A stretch of 64,000 bases of DNA from Gallionella sp. (GCA_049799335.1 JBARHR010000220.1:5055-69054), one strand, 5' to 3'; shown: positions 1 through 12,651, numbered from the stretch's first letter. Notes: generated by a model from the sequence alone, not told the origin. Made by a program: numbers and translations.

Positions 1-399
1 ATGCTGGACGCATATTCCGCCGGTGAAATTGACGCAGTACACATCAGCTATAACCGCTTCATAAACACCATGAAGCAGGAGCCGTGTATCGAGCAGTTGT
101 TACCGCTAAACGGCGAACAGCTGGGCACTTCCGAGGGCAACTGGGATTACATCTACGAACCCGATGCGAAACAAGTAATTGACGAATTGCTGCTGCGATA
201 CATGGAGTCACTGGTGTATCAGGCGGTGGTCGAAAACATGGCGTCCGAGCAAAGTGCCCGCATGGTTGCGATGAAAGCTGCTTCGGATAATGCAAAGAGC
301 GTTATCGGGGAGCTCAAACTGGTTTACAACAAGGCTCGACAGGCGGCCATTACCCGCGAAATTTCAGAAATCGTCAGTGGCGCTGCGGCAGTCGGCTAA
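1..399 (+). CDS. atpG: ATP synthase F1 gamma subunit, C-terminal part (5' end outside the window)
   Basis: The ORF is open from base 1. Its tail ...[46 protein letters not shown] is the conserved gamma C-terminal helix. It directly precedes atpD-atpC. Confidence 0.9.
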   Translation: MLDAYSAGEIDAVHISYNRFINTMKQEPCIEQLLPLNGEQLGTSEGNWDYIYEPDAKQVIDELLLRYMESLVYQAVVENMASEQSARMVAMKAASDNAKSVIGELKLVYNKARQAAITREISEIVSGAAAVG

Positions 400-1848
<1,449 letters not shown>

Positions 1849-1867
1849 GACTTAAGGGAGCAGCGCC

Positions 1868-2296
1868 ATGGCAATGACCGTTCACGTTGACGTAGTAAGC
1901 GCGGAAGCGTCCATATTTTCAGGACTGGCGGAAGTCATCGTCGTGCCTGGCGTCATGGGCGAATTGGGAATCTATCCACGCCATACTGCCTTGATGACGC
2001 GTATCAAACCCGGTTCGGTCCGGATTAAGCGGCCGGATCAGGAACAGGAAGAGCTGATCTATGTGTCTGGAGGCATGCTGGAAGTGCAACCGGGCGTTGT
2101 GACAGTCCTGGCAGATACCGCAATTCGTGGTGGAGACCTGGATGAAGCGCGCGCGCTGCAAGCCAAGCAGGCGGCGGAAGAAGCGATCAAGAACCGCACC
2201 ACAGATGTAGACTACGCGCAGGCCCAGGCTGAGCTCGCTGAAGCCATTGCGCAACTCAGAGCAATACAACAGATTCGCAAAAGCCCGGGTCACTAA
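1868..2296 (+). CDS. atpC: ATP synthase F1 epsilon subunit
   Basis: 142-aa ORF 20 nt after atpD. The N-terminal beta-sandwich and C-terminal helical hairpin ([14 protein letters not shown]) are typical of epsilon. Confidence 0.95.
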   Translation: MAMTVHVDVVSAEASIFSGLAEVIVVPGVMGELGIYPRHTALMTRIKPGSVRIKRPDQEQEELIYVSGGMLEVQPGVVTVLADTAIRGGDLDEARALQAKQAAEEAIKNRTTDVDYAQAQAELAEAIAQLRAIQQIRKSPGH

Positions 2297-2313
2297 TTGC
2301 TCAGTTAGTCAAT

Positions 2314-2339
2314 AAAAAAGCAGCTAGGGCTGCTTTTTT
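2314..2339 (+). terminator. Rho-independent terminator of the atp operon
   Basis: aaaaaagcagc-tagg-gctgctttttt: perfect GC-containing stem (agcagc/gctgct), 4-nt loop and T-run, about 20 nt after the atpC stop. Confidence 0.8.
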
Positions 2340-2440
2340 ATTGCGCGCAACTTGGCGTTCGGACGCCGGACGACAGCAGTATCTTGCCCGCCCGACGGAT
2401 AGTCGAATTGATTATAATCAGCTAATTTTACAAGGCTGAC

Positions 2441-3805
2441 ATGTCCTCGCTAAACATCGTAATTCTGGCCGCCGGAAAGGGAACGCGCATGTGTTCCGAA
2501 CTTCCCAAGGTGCTGCATAAGCTGGCCGGCAAGCCACTAATTCAGCACGTGCTTGATACCTCCTTAAAGCTTGATCCGGCGTGCACTTGTGTCGTATACG
2601 GCCACGGCGGCGAAATTGTCCCGCAGACCCTGCGCCAATATGCTGCGCAATTCATCATTCAGGAACCGCAACTGGGAACGGGGCATGCCGTGCAGCAAGC
2701 GTTACCGCATCTGACGGACGGCACATATACCTTGATTCTCTATGGCGACGTACCGCTGATTCAACACCGGTCATTGCAGCAAATGATGAATACTCAAAGT
2801 GGACTTACGTTACTAACGGTGCAGCTGGACAATCCGGCTGGATATGGTCGCATCGTTCGCGATTGCGACGAAAATGTGCTCGCCATAGTGGAAGATAAGG
2901 ACGCCACGCCGCAACAACGCGAGACCAAAGAAATAAACACGGGCATTATGATGGCGAAGACCGCGCTGCTCAGGGACTGGCTTGCAAAGCTCAACAACAA
3001 TAATGCACAAGGTGAGTACTACCTTACAGACATCGTCGCGATGGCGGTCGCGCAGGGCGTTTCTATTGAGACTGTGCATCCCGCTAGTCGCTGGGAAATT
3101 GAGGGAATCAACAACAAGCAGCAACTTGCAACGCTGGAGCGTGTTTGGCAGCACGACTTGGCAAACCAACTGATGCTGCAGGGGGTGACCCTGTCTGATC
3201 CGAGCCGAATTGATATTCGCGGGAATCTAATTTGCGGCCGAGACGTTGAAATCGACATTGGATGCACTTTTGAGGGTCGGGTTACTTTACAAGACAATGT
3301 GAAAGTAGGTGCTCACAGCATTGTACGCAACTCCACCATAGCGCGCGGTACACAAATCGAACCCTATAGTTATATAGACACTTCAGAAGTAGGCGCTAAC
3401 TGTCACATTGGACCATATGCCAGGCTGCGTCCCGGTAGCAAGCTAGCGGATGACGCGCACGTCGGCAACTTCGTCGAAATCAAAAATAGCGAGATCGGCC
3501 AAGGTAGCAAGGCGAACCACCTGAGCTATATTGGCGACAGCACGGTAGGTAGCCGTGTAAATATAGGCGCTGGTACGATCACATGCAACTACGACGGCGC
3601 GAACAAACATCGCACTGTCATTGAGGACGATGTATTCATTGGTTCAGATACGCAGCTGGTTGCACCGGTTAGGGTCGGCAGGGGTGCGACCATAGGCGCA
3701 GGATCGACAATTACGAAAGAAGTACCGCCAGGAAAGCTATCGCTGTCACGCAGCAAGCAGATAAGCCTTTCCGGGTGGACGCGACCAAAAAAGGGAACAA
3801 AATAG
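2441..3805 (+). CDS. glmU: Bifunctional UDP-N-acetylglucosamine pyrophosphorylase / glucosamine-1-phosphate N-acetyltransferase
   Basis: N-terminal LAAGKGTRM nucleotidyltransferase motif and C-terminal hexapeptide (left-handed beta-helix) repeats. 454 aa, followed by glmS. Confidence 0.97.
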   Translation: MSSLNIVILAAGKGTRMCSELPKVLHKLAGKPLIQHVLDTSLKLDPACTCVVYGHGGEIVPQTLRQYAAQFIIQEPQLGTGHAVQQALPHLTDGTYTLILYGDVPLIQHRSLQQMMNTQSGLTLLTVQLDNPAGYGRIVRDCDENVLAIVEDKDATPQQRETKEINTGIMMAKTALLRDWLAKLNNNNAQGEYYLTDIVAMAVAQGVSIETVHPASRWEIEGINNKQQLATLERVWQHDLANQLMLQGVTLSDPSRIDIRGNLICGRDVEIDIGCTFEGRVTLQDNVKVGAHSIVRNSTIARGTQIEPYSYIDTSEVGANCHIGPYARLRPGSKLADDAHVGNFVEIKNSEIGQGSKANHLSYIGDSTVGSRVNIGAGTITCNYDGANKHRTVIEDDVFIGSDTQLVAPVRVGRGATIGAGSTITKEVPPGKLSLSRSKQISLSGWTRPKKGTK

Positions 3806-3806
3806 T

Positions 3807-5630
3807 ATGTGTGGAATAGTTGGAGCTATTGCGTCGCGAAATATTGTTCCCATTCTTATTCAAGGTTTGTCGCGCCTGGAATACCGCGGATACGATTCAG
3901 CCGGGCTGGTCGTGGTGCACCAAGGTGAGTTGAAGCGAGTTCGTAGCGCGGGTCGCGTTGCCGAGCTGGCAGAAAAATCCGCTGGTACCTATGGAGAACT
4001 AGGTATCGCGCATACCCGATGGGCGACACATGGCGTACCCAGTGAGCGCAATGCGCATCCGCATATCAGCAAAAACAAGATATCAGTTGTACACAACGGC
4101 ATCATTGAGAACTACGAGACGCTCCGCGTAGATCTGGAAGCACAGGGCTATGAATTCGCATCCGACACGGACACCGAAGTAATTGCGCATCTGATACATA
4201 GCCACTACGATCAGGGAAATTTGCTTTCTGCGACGCAGCAGGCGTTGGCCCAGCTTGTTGGCGCATACGCGATTGCGGTTGTCGCCGCCGATATTCCCGG
4301 TCAGCTTATCGCCGCCCGCAAGGGAAGTCCATTATTATTGGGGGTTGGCGAGTGTGAGCACTTCGTAGCTTCAGACATGTCAGCGCTGCTGCAGGTAACG
4401 CGCAAAGTGGTTTACCTCGAGGAGGGTGACCTCGTAGAAGTGAATCTTTCTCACTACCGAATTTTCGACGCTCGGGGCAATGCCGCGTTTAGACCCGAAC
4501 AGGTCAGCGAGCTGGACAATGAAAGTGTAGATCTGGGCAACTATCAGCACTACATGCAGAAGGAAATACATGAGCAGCCCCAAGCCCTAGCGAATACGCT
4601 CGAATCCGTCTGCAACAGTCAATCGCTGGTACCGGGAATATTCGGCGCGGAAGCAAACAGCATTTTTCCGCAGGTCGAAGGCGTTCTAATTCTCGCCTGC
4701 GGTACCAGCAATCACGCGGGCCAAGTCGCGCGATACTGGATCGAAGAAATTGCCGCCATCCCTTGTACGGTAGAAGTGGCCAGTGAATATCGTTATCGCA
4801 AGAGCGTCCCGAATCCGAATTTGCTCGTCGTGACAATCTCGCAGTCCGGAGAAACTGCCGACACGTTGGCTGCACTTAACCACGCGAAGACAACTGGCCA
4901 CGAATTTACACTGGCGATTTGCAACGTTCCGGAGAGCGCCATCATTCGCCAATCCAAACTGCGCATGTTGACAAGAGCCGGGCCGGAGATCGGTGTTGCG
5001 TCGACGAAAGCGTTCACCACACAACTTGCCGCGCTTTACTTACTGACGCTGGTATTGGCCAAGCTACGCGGCAGGCTAAGCCATGATCAGGAACAACAAC
5101 ACCTACATGACCTGCGGCACCTGCCCATCGCCGCGCAAAAAGTGCTGGATCTTGAACCGATGATCGCCAAGCTCGCCGAGCAGTTTGCAAATAAGCACCA
5201 TGCACTGTTCCTTGGTCGAGGAATGCACTATCCGATCGCCCTCGAAGGTGCGTTAAAGCTCAAGGAAATCTCTTACATACATGCCGAGGCCTACCCAGCG
5301 GGAGAGCTAAAGCACGGCCCGCTTGCGTTGGTGGATAAGGACATGCCAGTAGTTTCGGTCGCGCCCAACGACGCCCTGCTGGAGAAGTTGAAATCCAATC
5401 TTCAGGAGGTGCGCGCGCGCGGCGGTGTGCTATATGTGTTTGCGGACGCAAATACGCATATCAAGCAATCTGAAGGGATACACATTATGCAAATGCCCGA
5501 ACACGCAGGGTATTTGAACCCTATTCTGCATACCATCCCTTTACAATTATTGGCATATTACGTTGCCCTGCAAAAGGGAACAGATGTAGACAAGCCACGG
5601 AATCTTGCCAAATCAGTAACAGTAGAGTAG
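3807..5630 (+). CDS. glmS: Glutamine--fructose-6-phosphate aminotransferase
   Basis: Starts MCGIVGA (Ntn Cys), has two SIS domains and ends ...[12 protein letters not shown]. 607 aa. Confidence 0.98.
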   Translation: MCGIVGAIASRNIVPILIQGLSRLEYRGYDSAGLVVVHQGELKRVRSAGRVAELAEKSAGTYGELGIAHTRWATHGVPSERNAHPHISKNKISVVHNGIIENYETLRVDLEAQGYEFASDTDTEVIAHLIHSHYDQGNLLSATQQALAQLVGAYAIAVVAADIPGQLIAARKGSPLLLGVGECEHFVASDMSALLQVTRKVVYLEEGDLVEVNLSHYRIFDARGNAAFRPEQVSELDNESVDLGNYQHYMQKEIHEQPQALANTLESVCNSQSLVPGIFGAEANSIFPQVEGVLILACGTSNHAGQVARYWIEEIAAIPCTVEVASEYRYRKSVPNPNLLVVTISQSGETADTLAALNHAKTTGHEFTLAICNVPESAIIRQSKLRMLTRAGPEIGVASTKAFTTQLAALYLLTLVLAKLRGRLSHDQEQQHLHDLRHLPIAAQKVLDLEPMIAKLAEQFANKHHALFLGRGMHYPIALEGALKLKEISYIHAEAYPAGELKHGPLALVDKDMPVVSVAPNDALLEKLKSNLQEVRARGGVLYVFADANTHIKQSEGIHIMQMPEHAGYLNPILHTIPLQLLAYYVALQKGTDVDKPRNLAKSVTVE

Positions 5631-5716
5631 CGCCAATCTGATAAGACAGGTCCGCCGGGCTTCAATCTCTACAGTATGGATTTCCTTTGCAGCTATCCAA
5701 ACCAATGGAGTGCAAG

Positions 5717-6481
5717 ATGGCAGTTATTGCCGTATTTAACCAAAAAGGTGGCGTTGGGAAAACGACCACCTGTCTTAACGTTACGGCCGCCTTGCACAAT
5801 GCCAACCTGTTTCCAGTTGCGCTCGATCTCGATCCCCAAGCACATCTAACATTGGCGTGCGGTCTCAAACCAGTTGCGTCGGAAAACAGCCTGGCCGCAT
5901 TCTTCAAAAACAAATCGCCGCTGACCGCACTCATGCACGAAACGTCCCGAGGATGGAAAATAATTCCGTCATCGCTCGAACTCGCCAAAATTGATGCTCT
6001 TCTGGGCAACGATCCACAGGCCGCTACCCTTTTGAAGCAGGGTCTACGCGAAGATTTGACATTGACTGGTGAGCCCATATTGATCGACTGCTGCCCAACA
6101 CTTGGCGTTCTGACGCTGAATGCGCTCTTGGCTTCGGACCGGGTGCTTATCCCGGTTTCGGCGGATTTTCTATCGCTACAGGGCGTACACCGGATCGATA
6201 GCGCCCTGACGGCGCTGGAAGCAAAACTCAATCGCAAGTTCGACCGCCGCATCGTTGTTACCCGCTTTGATGGACGCCGCAAATTGTCCTATGAGATCTT
6301 TGACCAATTGAAGGAAAAATATGGGGCGTTGGTGTGCAACACTCGCGTCGGTGAGACAGTCGCACTTGCGACCAGTCCAATGCACGGGCAGGATGTGTTT
6401 GCCTACGCCCCACACAGTCCGGGTGCGGCGGATTATTTTGAATTGACCAAGGAACTGTGGGAATGTGGATTCTTCGCCTGA
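5717..6481 (+). CDS. ParA/MinD-family P-loop ATPase (orphan, no ParB partner seen)
   Basis: Deviant Walker A NQKGGVGKTT lies right after the ATG at 5717, with GGAG 6 nt upstream. The track ORF begins 30 nt earlier. ParA-like throughout (DLDPQ, IDCCPTLG, IPVSADFLSLQG). Confidence 0.85.
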   Translation: MAVIAVFNQKGGVGKTTTCLNVTAALHNANLFPVALDLDPQAHLTLACGLKPVASENSLAAFFKNKSPLTALMHETSRGWKIIPSSLELAKIDALLGNDPQAATLLKQGLREDLTLTGEPILIDCCPTLGVLTLNALLASDRVLIPVSADFLSLQGVHRIDSALTALEAKLNRKFDRRIVVTRFDGRRKLSYEIFDQLKEKYGALVCNTRVGETVALATSPMHGQDVFAYAPHSPGAADYFELTKELWECGFFA

Positions 6482-6569
6482 TTGCTACCGGAGCCCACTA
6501 AACCCCGGTCGGTGAAGATAGCCGCGCGCACTGCGCACTTAACATGACCTGACGAATCTGACACAAATC

Positions 6570-8084
6570 TCAAACAACAGTTATCAGCCCAAGAATAACA
6601 GCCAATAGCACGCCAACGAGAACCAGCAAATAGTTCATGCGCTGCTGTTGTGCGGCGAACAATTGCAACAGCCTCTCTTTGTCATCTCCCGCGTGGCTGT
6701 CGAGATACTGGTGCAGAAGTCGCGGCAACTGAGGTACAAGTGCGACATAGTGCGGCGCTTCTTCGCGAAAATTTCTGAGTAATCCACGCCACCCGATTTG
6801 CTCGTTCATCCAGCGTTCCAGCCACGGCTTGGCAGTCTTCCACAAATCAAGTTCGGGATCCAGCTGCAGGCCCAGACCCTCAATGTTAAGCAAAGTCTTC
6901 TGCAACAAAACCAACTGTGGCTGTACCTTGATGCCGAAGCGACGCGACGTCTGAAACAGGCGCAGCAGCACACGGCCAAATGAAACTTCGCGCAGCGGTT
7001 TGTCAAAGATCGGTTCACAAACCGCGCGTATCGCAGATTCAAGCTCGTCGACTCGTGTTTCCCGAGGTGCCCATCCGGACTCAATATGAACCTGAGCAAC
7101 GCGCTTGTAATCACGCCGAAAAAAAGCAATAAAATTCTGCGCCAGATAATGCTTGTCGACGTCTGTCAGCGTGCCCATGATGCCGAAATCAAGCGCGATA
7201 TATCGGCCATCCGCAGCAACCTGCACGTTACCGGGGTGCATGTCCGCGTGAAAGAAGCCGTCACGAAACACCTGAGTGTAGAAAATCTCAACGCCATTGG
7301 CCGCAAGCTTGGGAATATCAACGCCCGCCGCGCGAAGCACATCAACACGATTTACCGGCATTCCATACATGCGCTCCATTACCATCACATCGGGCGTACA
7401 AAAGTCCCAATACATTTCAGGTACCAGTAACAACCCGGATTTTGAAAAATTGCGCTTCAACTGACTCGCGTTGGCGGCCTCGCGCGTGAGATCAAGCTCG
7501 TCGGCCAGGTGCTTTTCGAACTCCATGACGACCTCGCGCGGCTTGAGTCTGCGCCCGTCTACCCACAGCAACTCCATCATGTCCGATGCTACTTTCAGTA
7601 GAGAAATGTCATGCGCGATAATTTGACTGATACCCGGCCGCAAAATCTTCACCGCAGCATCGCGGCCGTCGGGCAAGACGGCAAAATGAACCTGTGCAAC
7701 GGAGGCACTGGCGACCGGCGTTTCCTCAAAACTTTGAAATACATCCTTCAACGGTCGCTTGAAAGTAGACTCGAGCAGCGCAATCGCCTGAACCGAAGGA
7801 AACGGCGGAACCTGGTCCTGCAGCTTGGCAAGTTCGTCGGCGATATCCGTGGGTATCAAGTCGCGTCTGGTCGACAACATCTGGCCAAACTTGACAAAAA
7901 TGGGCCCAAGATTTTGCAATGCAAGTCGAAGCCGCACAGCCCTGGGTTGGGAAGTATTTCTAAAAAACAAAAGCACCTTGAGCGGCGCCCGCATCCAGCG
8001 CAGTCTTATATGCGACAGCAAGAATTCGTCGAGTCCAAAACGAAAAACGACGAAAACGATCTTTATCAGGCGAAAAATGCGCAT
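6570..8084 (-). CDS. ubiB: Ubiquinone biosynthesis protein kinase-like UbiB (ABC1 family)
   Basis: 504-aa ORF with ABC1/UbiB signatures ([37 protein letters not shown]) and a C-terminal TM helix. It follows ubiJ. Confidence 0.95.
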   Translation of the reverse strand: MRIFRLIKIVFVVFRFGLDEFLLSHIRLRWMRAPLKVLLFFRNTSQPRAVRLRLALQNLGPIFVKFGQMLSTRRDLIPTDIADELAKLQDQVPPFPSVQAIALLESTFKRPLKDVFQSFEETPVASASVAQVHFAVLPDGRDAAVKILRPGISQIIAHDISLLKVASDMMELLWVDGRRLKPREVVMEFEKHLADELDLTREAANASQLKRNFSKSGLLLVPEMYWDFCTPDVMVMERMYGMPVNRVDVLRAAGVDIPKLAANGVEIFYTQVFRDGFFHADMHPGNVQVAADGRYIALDFGIMGTLTDVDKHYLAQNFIAFFRRDYKRVAQVHIESGWAPRETRVDELESAIRAVCEPIFDKPLREVSFGRVLLRLFQTSRRFGIKVQPQLVLLQKTLLNIEGLGLQLDPELDLWKTAKPWLERWMNEQIGWRGLLRNFREEAPHYVALVPQLPRLLHQYLDSHAGDDKERLLQLFAAQQQRMNYLLVLVGVLLAVILGLITVV

Positions 8085-8110
8085 ATTAGCGAGGAGAATT
8101 TTGTGTCGCT

Positions 8111-8701
8111 TCAGTTCGGGAAGGCTTTGTGTTCTCTTGAAATTCTGTTGACGCGTTGCTCTAGCCGCGCGACATCTTCGCGCAGTGTGTCAACCTGCAA
8201 CAAGAACGCCGATATCAGACGCTGGTTAGCCAGGGTGGGCCGCTCCTCTGTGAGGTACTCGGTAACCGCGCGCGAAAAATTCACCACTCCATCCTTAACC
8301 TGCCTACGACTTGCCTGCGCGAGCCGAACAATGCGCTCGGCCACGACATCACCGGCAATGCTGCTCAAATCGTCCCCTGCGTCCCAGCGCAGATTGCGCG
8401 AAAGATAGAAAATCTCGGCAAGCAGCGAAGAATCTCCCTCACACTGGATTTCCCCCTGCGCAAGTTCATCTTGCAACGCCAGGCGGGGCAAAAGCGAGGG
8501 TGGAATGACGCACAAAGCGTCCCAAGGACTTGAAGGATCCGCATTCTGCAGCGTTCCATCCGGCTGGATTGTGTACGCGAACGAAAACGGGGCAACGTCA
8601 AAACGTGCGGTTTTCCCCGCTAGCGGTTTCAGCCTGTCCACCGCCCAGACATTTTGACCAAGCAAATGATTGAGTACGGCAGCTGACGGATGCGGAAACA
8701 C
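8111..8701 (-). CDS. ubiJ: SCP2-domain ubiquinone accessory factor UbiJ-like
   Basis: 196-aa ORF immediately upstream of ubiB on the same strand, which is the position of ubiJ in the E. coli ubiE-ubiJ-ubiB operon. It has an SCP2-like N-terminal half and a coiled C-terminus. Confidence 0.7.
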   Translation of the reverse strand: MFPHPSAAVLNHLLGQNVWAVDRLKPLAGKTARFDVAPFSFAYTIQPDGTLQNADPSSPWDALCVIPPSLLPRLALQDELAQGEIQCEGDSSLLAEIFYLSRNLRWDAGDDLSSIAGDVVAERIVRLAQASRRQVKDGVVNFSRAVTEYLTEERPTLANQRLISAFLLQVDTLREDVARLEQRVNRISREHKAFPN

Positions 8702-8704
8702 AGC

Positions 8705-9547
8705 CTAGGAACTGAGCGAAGTCTGTTGTATGCCGGCCAACAGCCAGACTGACTTATCGTCGGTGACATTCTTTTGTACGTGCCAGACCTCGTCTATGCT
8801 CTCATGATCTCCGTTGTTTTCCCGCAATTGACCGGTAAAGCGCACGCTCGCAACGGAAAATTCTCCTTCGTTGGCGACTTCCAGCAGCTCGCCATTGATC
8901 GTTACAACGTCGGTCTTCTGGGGCACCGGGTCGTCCCGTTCACTTAGCTGCATAGAAATTTCGGCAAACATTTCCGGCGTCGTGTACTCGCGAATGTCGT
9001 TCAGATCCTTGCGGTCATTCGCGGCTTGCAGGCGGATAAATGTGGTCTTGGCGCTACGCAAAAAATTGGCCGTAGGAAAATCGGCAGGAATGGCCGTGGT
9101 GGCGATCGCGCGATCTTCCTTCGGCGAATTGTTGAAACTGATGGGTTCGGACGTTGCGCCGTAAGCATTCCCGGCGCCAGCAGACTGCAGTGAATGCTGC
9201 TGTCTGCTGCGGAACATGGAAACAATAAAAAACACGGCCAGTCCCGCGAGGACAATCATCAATATGGTGCCCATACCTTGTCCCAGTCCCATGCTGGCGA
9301 ATAGCGCGCCGATTCCGGCACCAATGGCCAAGCCTGCCAATGGTCCCAGCCAGCGATTTCCAGGCTTTTGCGTCGACGAATTTGCCGGCGCCGGGGCGGC
9401 TGCAGGCGCCTTAGGCGCTTGCTGAGGCGCGATTGTGCGCTGCTTACCAAAGCTGCCGCCCCCACCAAACCGGCGAGCTTCCGCAATGCTTGAAAACAAT
9501 GCCAGACATGTAAATGTAATCGTAAGCAAAACAATAAAGCGCTTCAT
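8705..9547 (-). CDS. Tim44-like domain membrane protein
   Basis: Signal/anchor, Gly-rich TM segments, then a C-terminal Tim44-like domain (FLRSAKTTFIRLQAANDRKD...VWHVQKN...WLLAGIQQ). Its stop is 4 nt from the ubiJ start. Confidence 0.75.
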   Translation of the reverse strand: MKRFIVLLTITFTCLALFSSIAEARRFGGGGSFGKQRTIAPQQAPKAPAAAPAPANSSTQKPGNRWLGPLAGLAIGAGIGALFASMGLGQGMGTILMIVLAGLAVFFIVSMFRSRQQHSLQSAGAGNAYGATSEPISFNNSPKEDRAIATTAIPADFPTANFLRSAKTTFIRLQAANDRKDLNDIREYTTPEMFAEISMQLSERDDPVPQKTDVVTINGELLEVANEGEFSVASVRFTGQLRENNGDHESIDEVWHVQKNVTDDKSVWLLAGIQQTSLSS

Positions 9548-9709
9548 GAGTTTCCTATGTATATGATAAAAAATACTGATTCAAGTATAACACCCGCATT
9601 GAGGCGTCAACGTCGCGGGAATGCGGCTACATGTCATACGGGTAAGAGGCAACGGCGACGCAATTCGAGGAATTTCCGGCGGCAACACAACCGCATGCTG
9701 TGGCCTACT

Positions 9710-11305
9710 TCATGCAAAGATAAAGCGCCGTTCGCTGAGAGTTAACAGTATGTCAAAATCGGTGGTATCCAGAATAATCTTGCGCACCTGTTCCTTTAGC
9801 CACAAATCATAAAAATCCACAGGATTGTAGTTGTCGGAAAGTATCATGGCATCCTCGGGAAGTACCAAATCAAACGGCCGCTGCATGCTCTGGCGTACAT
9901 TGCTATCTGCCCCGGGGTGTATGGAGATACTGCTGATGCGATCAAATTGTGGTGCGCGCGCTGCGCCGTCATACGCCATGATTTCGATGTTTCCGGTGCC
10001 AGCGCCAACAGCCGCGTCAAAGGCCGGATAGATTTCGACTTGATCAAAAACTTCGCGCAATGTCTTGACTATCGACGCAGTCATCAGCGTGTGTACCTTG
10101 AGGCTGCCGACCAGATTGATTGCTAAAACACCTTTGGTTGCCAAACGTTGTTTGGCGAGGCGCATGGCCTCTAAGCTTAGCAAATGACCCGGTGTGGTAT
10201 CGCCATTGAAGACGTCCAGCACCATGAAATCAAAACGTTGTGCGGTATTGATCAGAAAATAGCGCGCATCCTCAATATGGACAGGGATATCGGCGTTAAA
10301 CTGAAAGTATTGGCGCGCGACATCAACGACTTCGGGGTCGATGTCGACAACGTCGGTAGCCACACCCTGAGACTGGTACCACGCGGGAACAAGGCCGGCC
10401 CCCAAACCGATTACCAGGCAGTTTTTTCCATTCGGATTTAGCGCATACGGCAGATATTCAAGCAGATAGGCATACTCGTAAACCGACTGACCGCTGTTCA
10501 TATCAACGCCGCCCTGAACCAAGCCGTCGATAAGCAGTTCGCGATTGTGTATTTCCTGGTACGAATAGTCGACAACTTTCAAATTTCCGTAAAAGCTATC
10601 CCGGTTCGCGATTCGTTCCACATGAGTGCCGTCGGGCATAATCTTTTCGACGTGCTTCTCGCCTGGCAGCAACAGAATCGGCAAAATCGCGACCAGCGCT
10701 ACCGCAAACTGCTTACGAAAAAACACGAAATAAATCACACTCAACAGGATCAACGCAGTACCGGTGAAAATGAAAATCTGATTGACGCCGAGATACGCAA
10801 TCAGCACGAAACCGGTGAGCAACGTCCCGATTACACTGCCGACCGTGGAGATGGCATAGAAGCTGCCGACGGTACGCCCGATATTCTGCATCTCACGTGC
10901 GGCAATCTTGACGACATATGGAGAAACGCACCCGAGCAAGAACAGCCCGGGACCAAACAGCAGAAAAGCGCTCGTCAATGACCCCCAGCGCAATCCGAGC
11001 GGCAGACACATTTGCACTATCGGACCCTTCAGCGTAGGGACGAGCAGCTCCAGCAAACCCGAAAGCAAAATAATGCCGTATAGCCAATCCGGAGAACTCC
11101 TTCGGTCTGAAAAATGTCCGCCAATTGCATAACCGGCAGCCAGAGCCACCATGGTCACGGTAATCAGGGATGTCCAAACAAACAGGCTGACACCGAAGAA
11201 CGGTCCGATCACGCGCGAACCGAGCACTTCTATAACCATGACCAAGGCACCGCACAGCGCGGCGGTGGCGACCAGATAAGCGATAAAACCTCTTGAGTGG
11301 TGCAT
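9710..11305 (-). CDS. Fused polytopic membrane domain / spermidine-synthase-like (class I SAM-fold aminopropyltransferase-like) protein
   Basis: About 7-8 N-terminal hydrophobic helices, then a spermidine-synthase-like domain (NCLVIGLGAGL, DVVDIDPEV, MVLDVFNGD). The ATG at 11305 has AGGAG 5 nt upstream. The track ORF starts at a TTG at 11332. Confidence 0.8.
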   Translation of the reverse strand: MHHSRGFIAYLVATAALCGALVMVIEVLGSRVIGPFFGVSLFVWTSLITVTMVALAAGYAIGGHFSDRRSSPDWLYGIILLSGLLELLVPTLKGPIVQMCLPLGLRWGSLTSAFLLFGPGLFLLGCVSPYVVKIAAREMQNIGRTVGSFYAISTVGSVIGTLLTGFVLIAYLGVNQIFIFTGTALILLSVIYFVFFRKQFAVALVAILPILLLPGEKHVEKIMPDGTHVERIANRDSFYGNLKVVDYSYQEIHNRELLIDGLVQGGVDMNSGQSVYEYAYLLEYLPYALNPNGKNCLVIGLGAGLVPAWYQSQGVATDVVDIDPEVVDVARQYFQFNADIPVHIEDARYFLINTAQRFDFMVLDVFNGDTTPGHLLSLEAMRLAKQRLATKGVLAINLVGSLKVHTLMTASIVKTLREVFDQVEIYPAFDAAVGAGTGNIEIMAYDGAARAPQFDRISSISIHPGADSNVRQSMQRPFDLVLPEDAMILSDNYNPVDFYDLWLKEQVRKIILDTTDFDILLTLSERRFIFA

Positions 11306-11439
11306 GTGCACTCCTATGGGGTATTTTGACAAAGGCAGGATTCTACCTCAGCATGGCCAATATTCCGCGTATTTGCCCGGGACGCGGAAAAAACGGGGGA
11401 TTGCGCGACTGCTATCAGTAGACAAAGCACCGCCGTCAA

Positions 11440-12081
11440 TTAGAAAGGGGGATTACATAGCAAATGGAGCGGTTTGGTGCTTCCGGGATTCACAAAATCA
11501 AGCACGCACGCGTGTAACATCAATCTTGGTGCGGTTGCGGCGCTTCCGTACAGCGCATCGCCGAGTATCGGGTGGCCGATTGCGGCGAGATGCACTCTCA
11601 ATTGATGGGTACGGCCGGTAACGGGCAACAATTCGACCCTGGAGTAACTGTCGTTAGGCCCTCCGTCCACTTCCTTCAAAACGCGATAGCGGGTCGTCGA
11701 TGATTTTCCCATGACAAAATCAATCTTGCGCATTGGCCGCCTAGGCCAGTCCGCAGCGATGGGGAGATTGACCTCGCCGTGATCAACGTCGAACTTGCCG
11801 TTCGTCAGGGCGATATAGCGCTTCTCAATCTTGCGCTCCGCGAACATGCCTGACAACGTGCGTTGCATCACGAGGTTACGGGCAAACATCATCAGGCCGG
11901 AAGTGGCCATATCGAGTCGATGTACGACCAGTGCGTCGGGGTAAACTTCTTGAATCCTGGCAGAAAGACAATCCTGCTTGTCTGGGCCACGACCGGGTAC
12001 TGCGAGCAGGCCGGCGGGCTTGTTCGCTACCAGCAACCATTCATCGACATAGACCAGCTCAAGCAGGCTTGTCGTCGTCAT
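11440..12081 (-). CDS. RluA-family pseudouridine synthase
   Basis: Motifs VANKPAGLLAVPG, HRLDMATSGLMMFA and TGRTHQLRVH. The start at 12081 (MTTTSLLELVYVDEW) gives an E. coli RluA-like N-terminus. Longer alternatives are ATG 12168 and GTG 12177. Confidence 0.85.
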   Translation of the reverse strand: MTTTSLLELVYVDEWLLVANKPAGLLAVPGRGPDKQDCLSARIQEVYPDALVVHRLDMATSGLMMFARNLVMQRTLSGMFAERKIEKRYIALTNGKFDVDHGEVNLPIAADWPRRPMRKIDFVMGKSSTTRYRVLKEVDGGPNDSYSRVELLPVTGRTHQLRVHLAAIGHPILGDALYGSAATAPRLMLHACVLDFVNPGSTKPLHLLCNPPF

Positions 12082-12262
12082 TAGGGGAACGAGGGGCTTC
12101 TGTAGAATTTGGACCGGTAGACTTGGAGGGCCGATTTTTTCTTTCGTCCGCCCAGCGAAAACGTCCATAAAGCACACAACCCTTCATTCCTGGGTCACAG
12201 GGTATGTTGTTGATGCGTAGGCACTTGCCGTCAACCTCGTGCGGACAACCCCAACCACCCAT
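12059..12262 (-). CDS. Small Cys-rich hypothetical protein (uncertain)
   Basis: 67-aa ORF with four spaced Cys in its first 30 residues (GWGCPHEVDGKCLRINNIPCDPGMKGCVLYGRF) and a low-complexity tail overlapping the rluA-family start. I see no convincing RBS. Confidence 0.3.
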   Translation of the reverse strand: MGGWGCPHEVDGKCLRINNIPCDPGMKGCVLYGRFRWADERKNRPSKSTGPNSTEAPRSPNDDDKPA

Positions 12263-12294
12263 AATTCAACTTTGCCAAGAAGAGTTGCAGACCA

Positions 12295-12651
12295 TCAAGC
12301 CTTCTTGACGAACTCTGTCTTCAATTGCATGGCGCCAATACCCTCGATCTTGCAGTCGATGTCATGATCGCCATCCACCAATCGTATATTCTTGACCTTG
12401 GTCCCGACCTTTACGACCGAAGATGAGCCTTTGATCTTCAGATCCTTGATCACGGTGATGGTGTCGCCATCCTGCAGCAGGTTGCCGAAGGCATCCTTGT
12501 ATACGCGCTGCTGTTCGACCGCAGCGCCGACCGCGCTCATGTTCCATTCGTGCGCACATTCCGGGCACACATAATTCGCGCCGTCCTGGTAAGCGTATTC
12601 TGAACCGCATTCGGGACACTTGGGATTTGTATTCGTGGTATCAATATTCAT
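12295..12651 (-). CDS. yjdM: PhnA/YjdM zinc-ribbon protein
   Basis: N-terminal CPECGS...CPEC zinc ribbon plus the conserved C-terminal domain ([28 protein letters not shown]...HDIDCKI). Confidence 0.9.
   Translation of the reverse strand: MNIDTTNTNPKCPECGSEYAYQDGANYVCPECAHEWNMSAVGAAVEQQRVYKDAFGNLLQDGDTITVIKDLKIKGSSSVVKVGTKVKNIRLVDGDHDIDCKIEGIGAMQLKTEFVKKA

Noticed and set aside
5631-5716. Possible Tn7-like insertion at the canonical attachment site downstream of glmS
   Set aside because: No Tn7-type terminal repeats (TGTGGGCGGACA-like ends or repeated TnsB sites), no tns genes and no target duplication are visible. Only a single ParA-like gene follows glmS.
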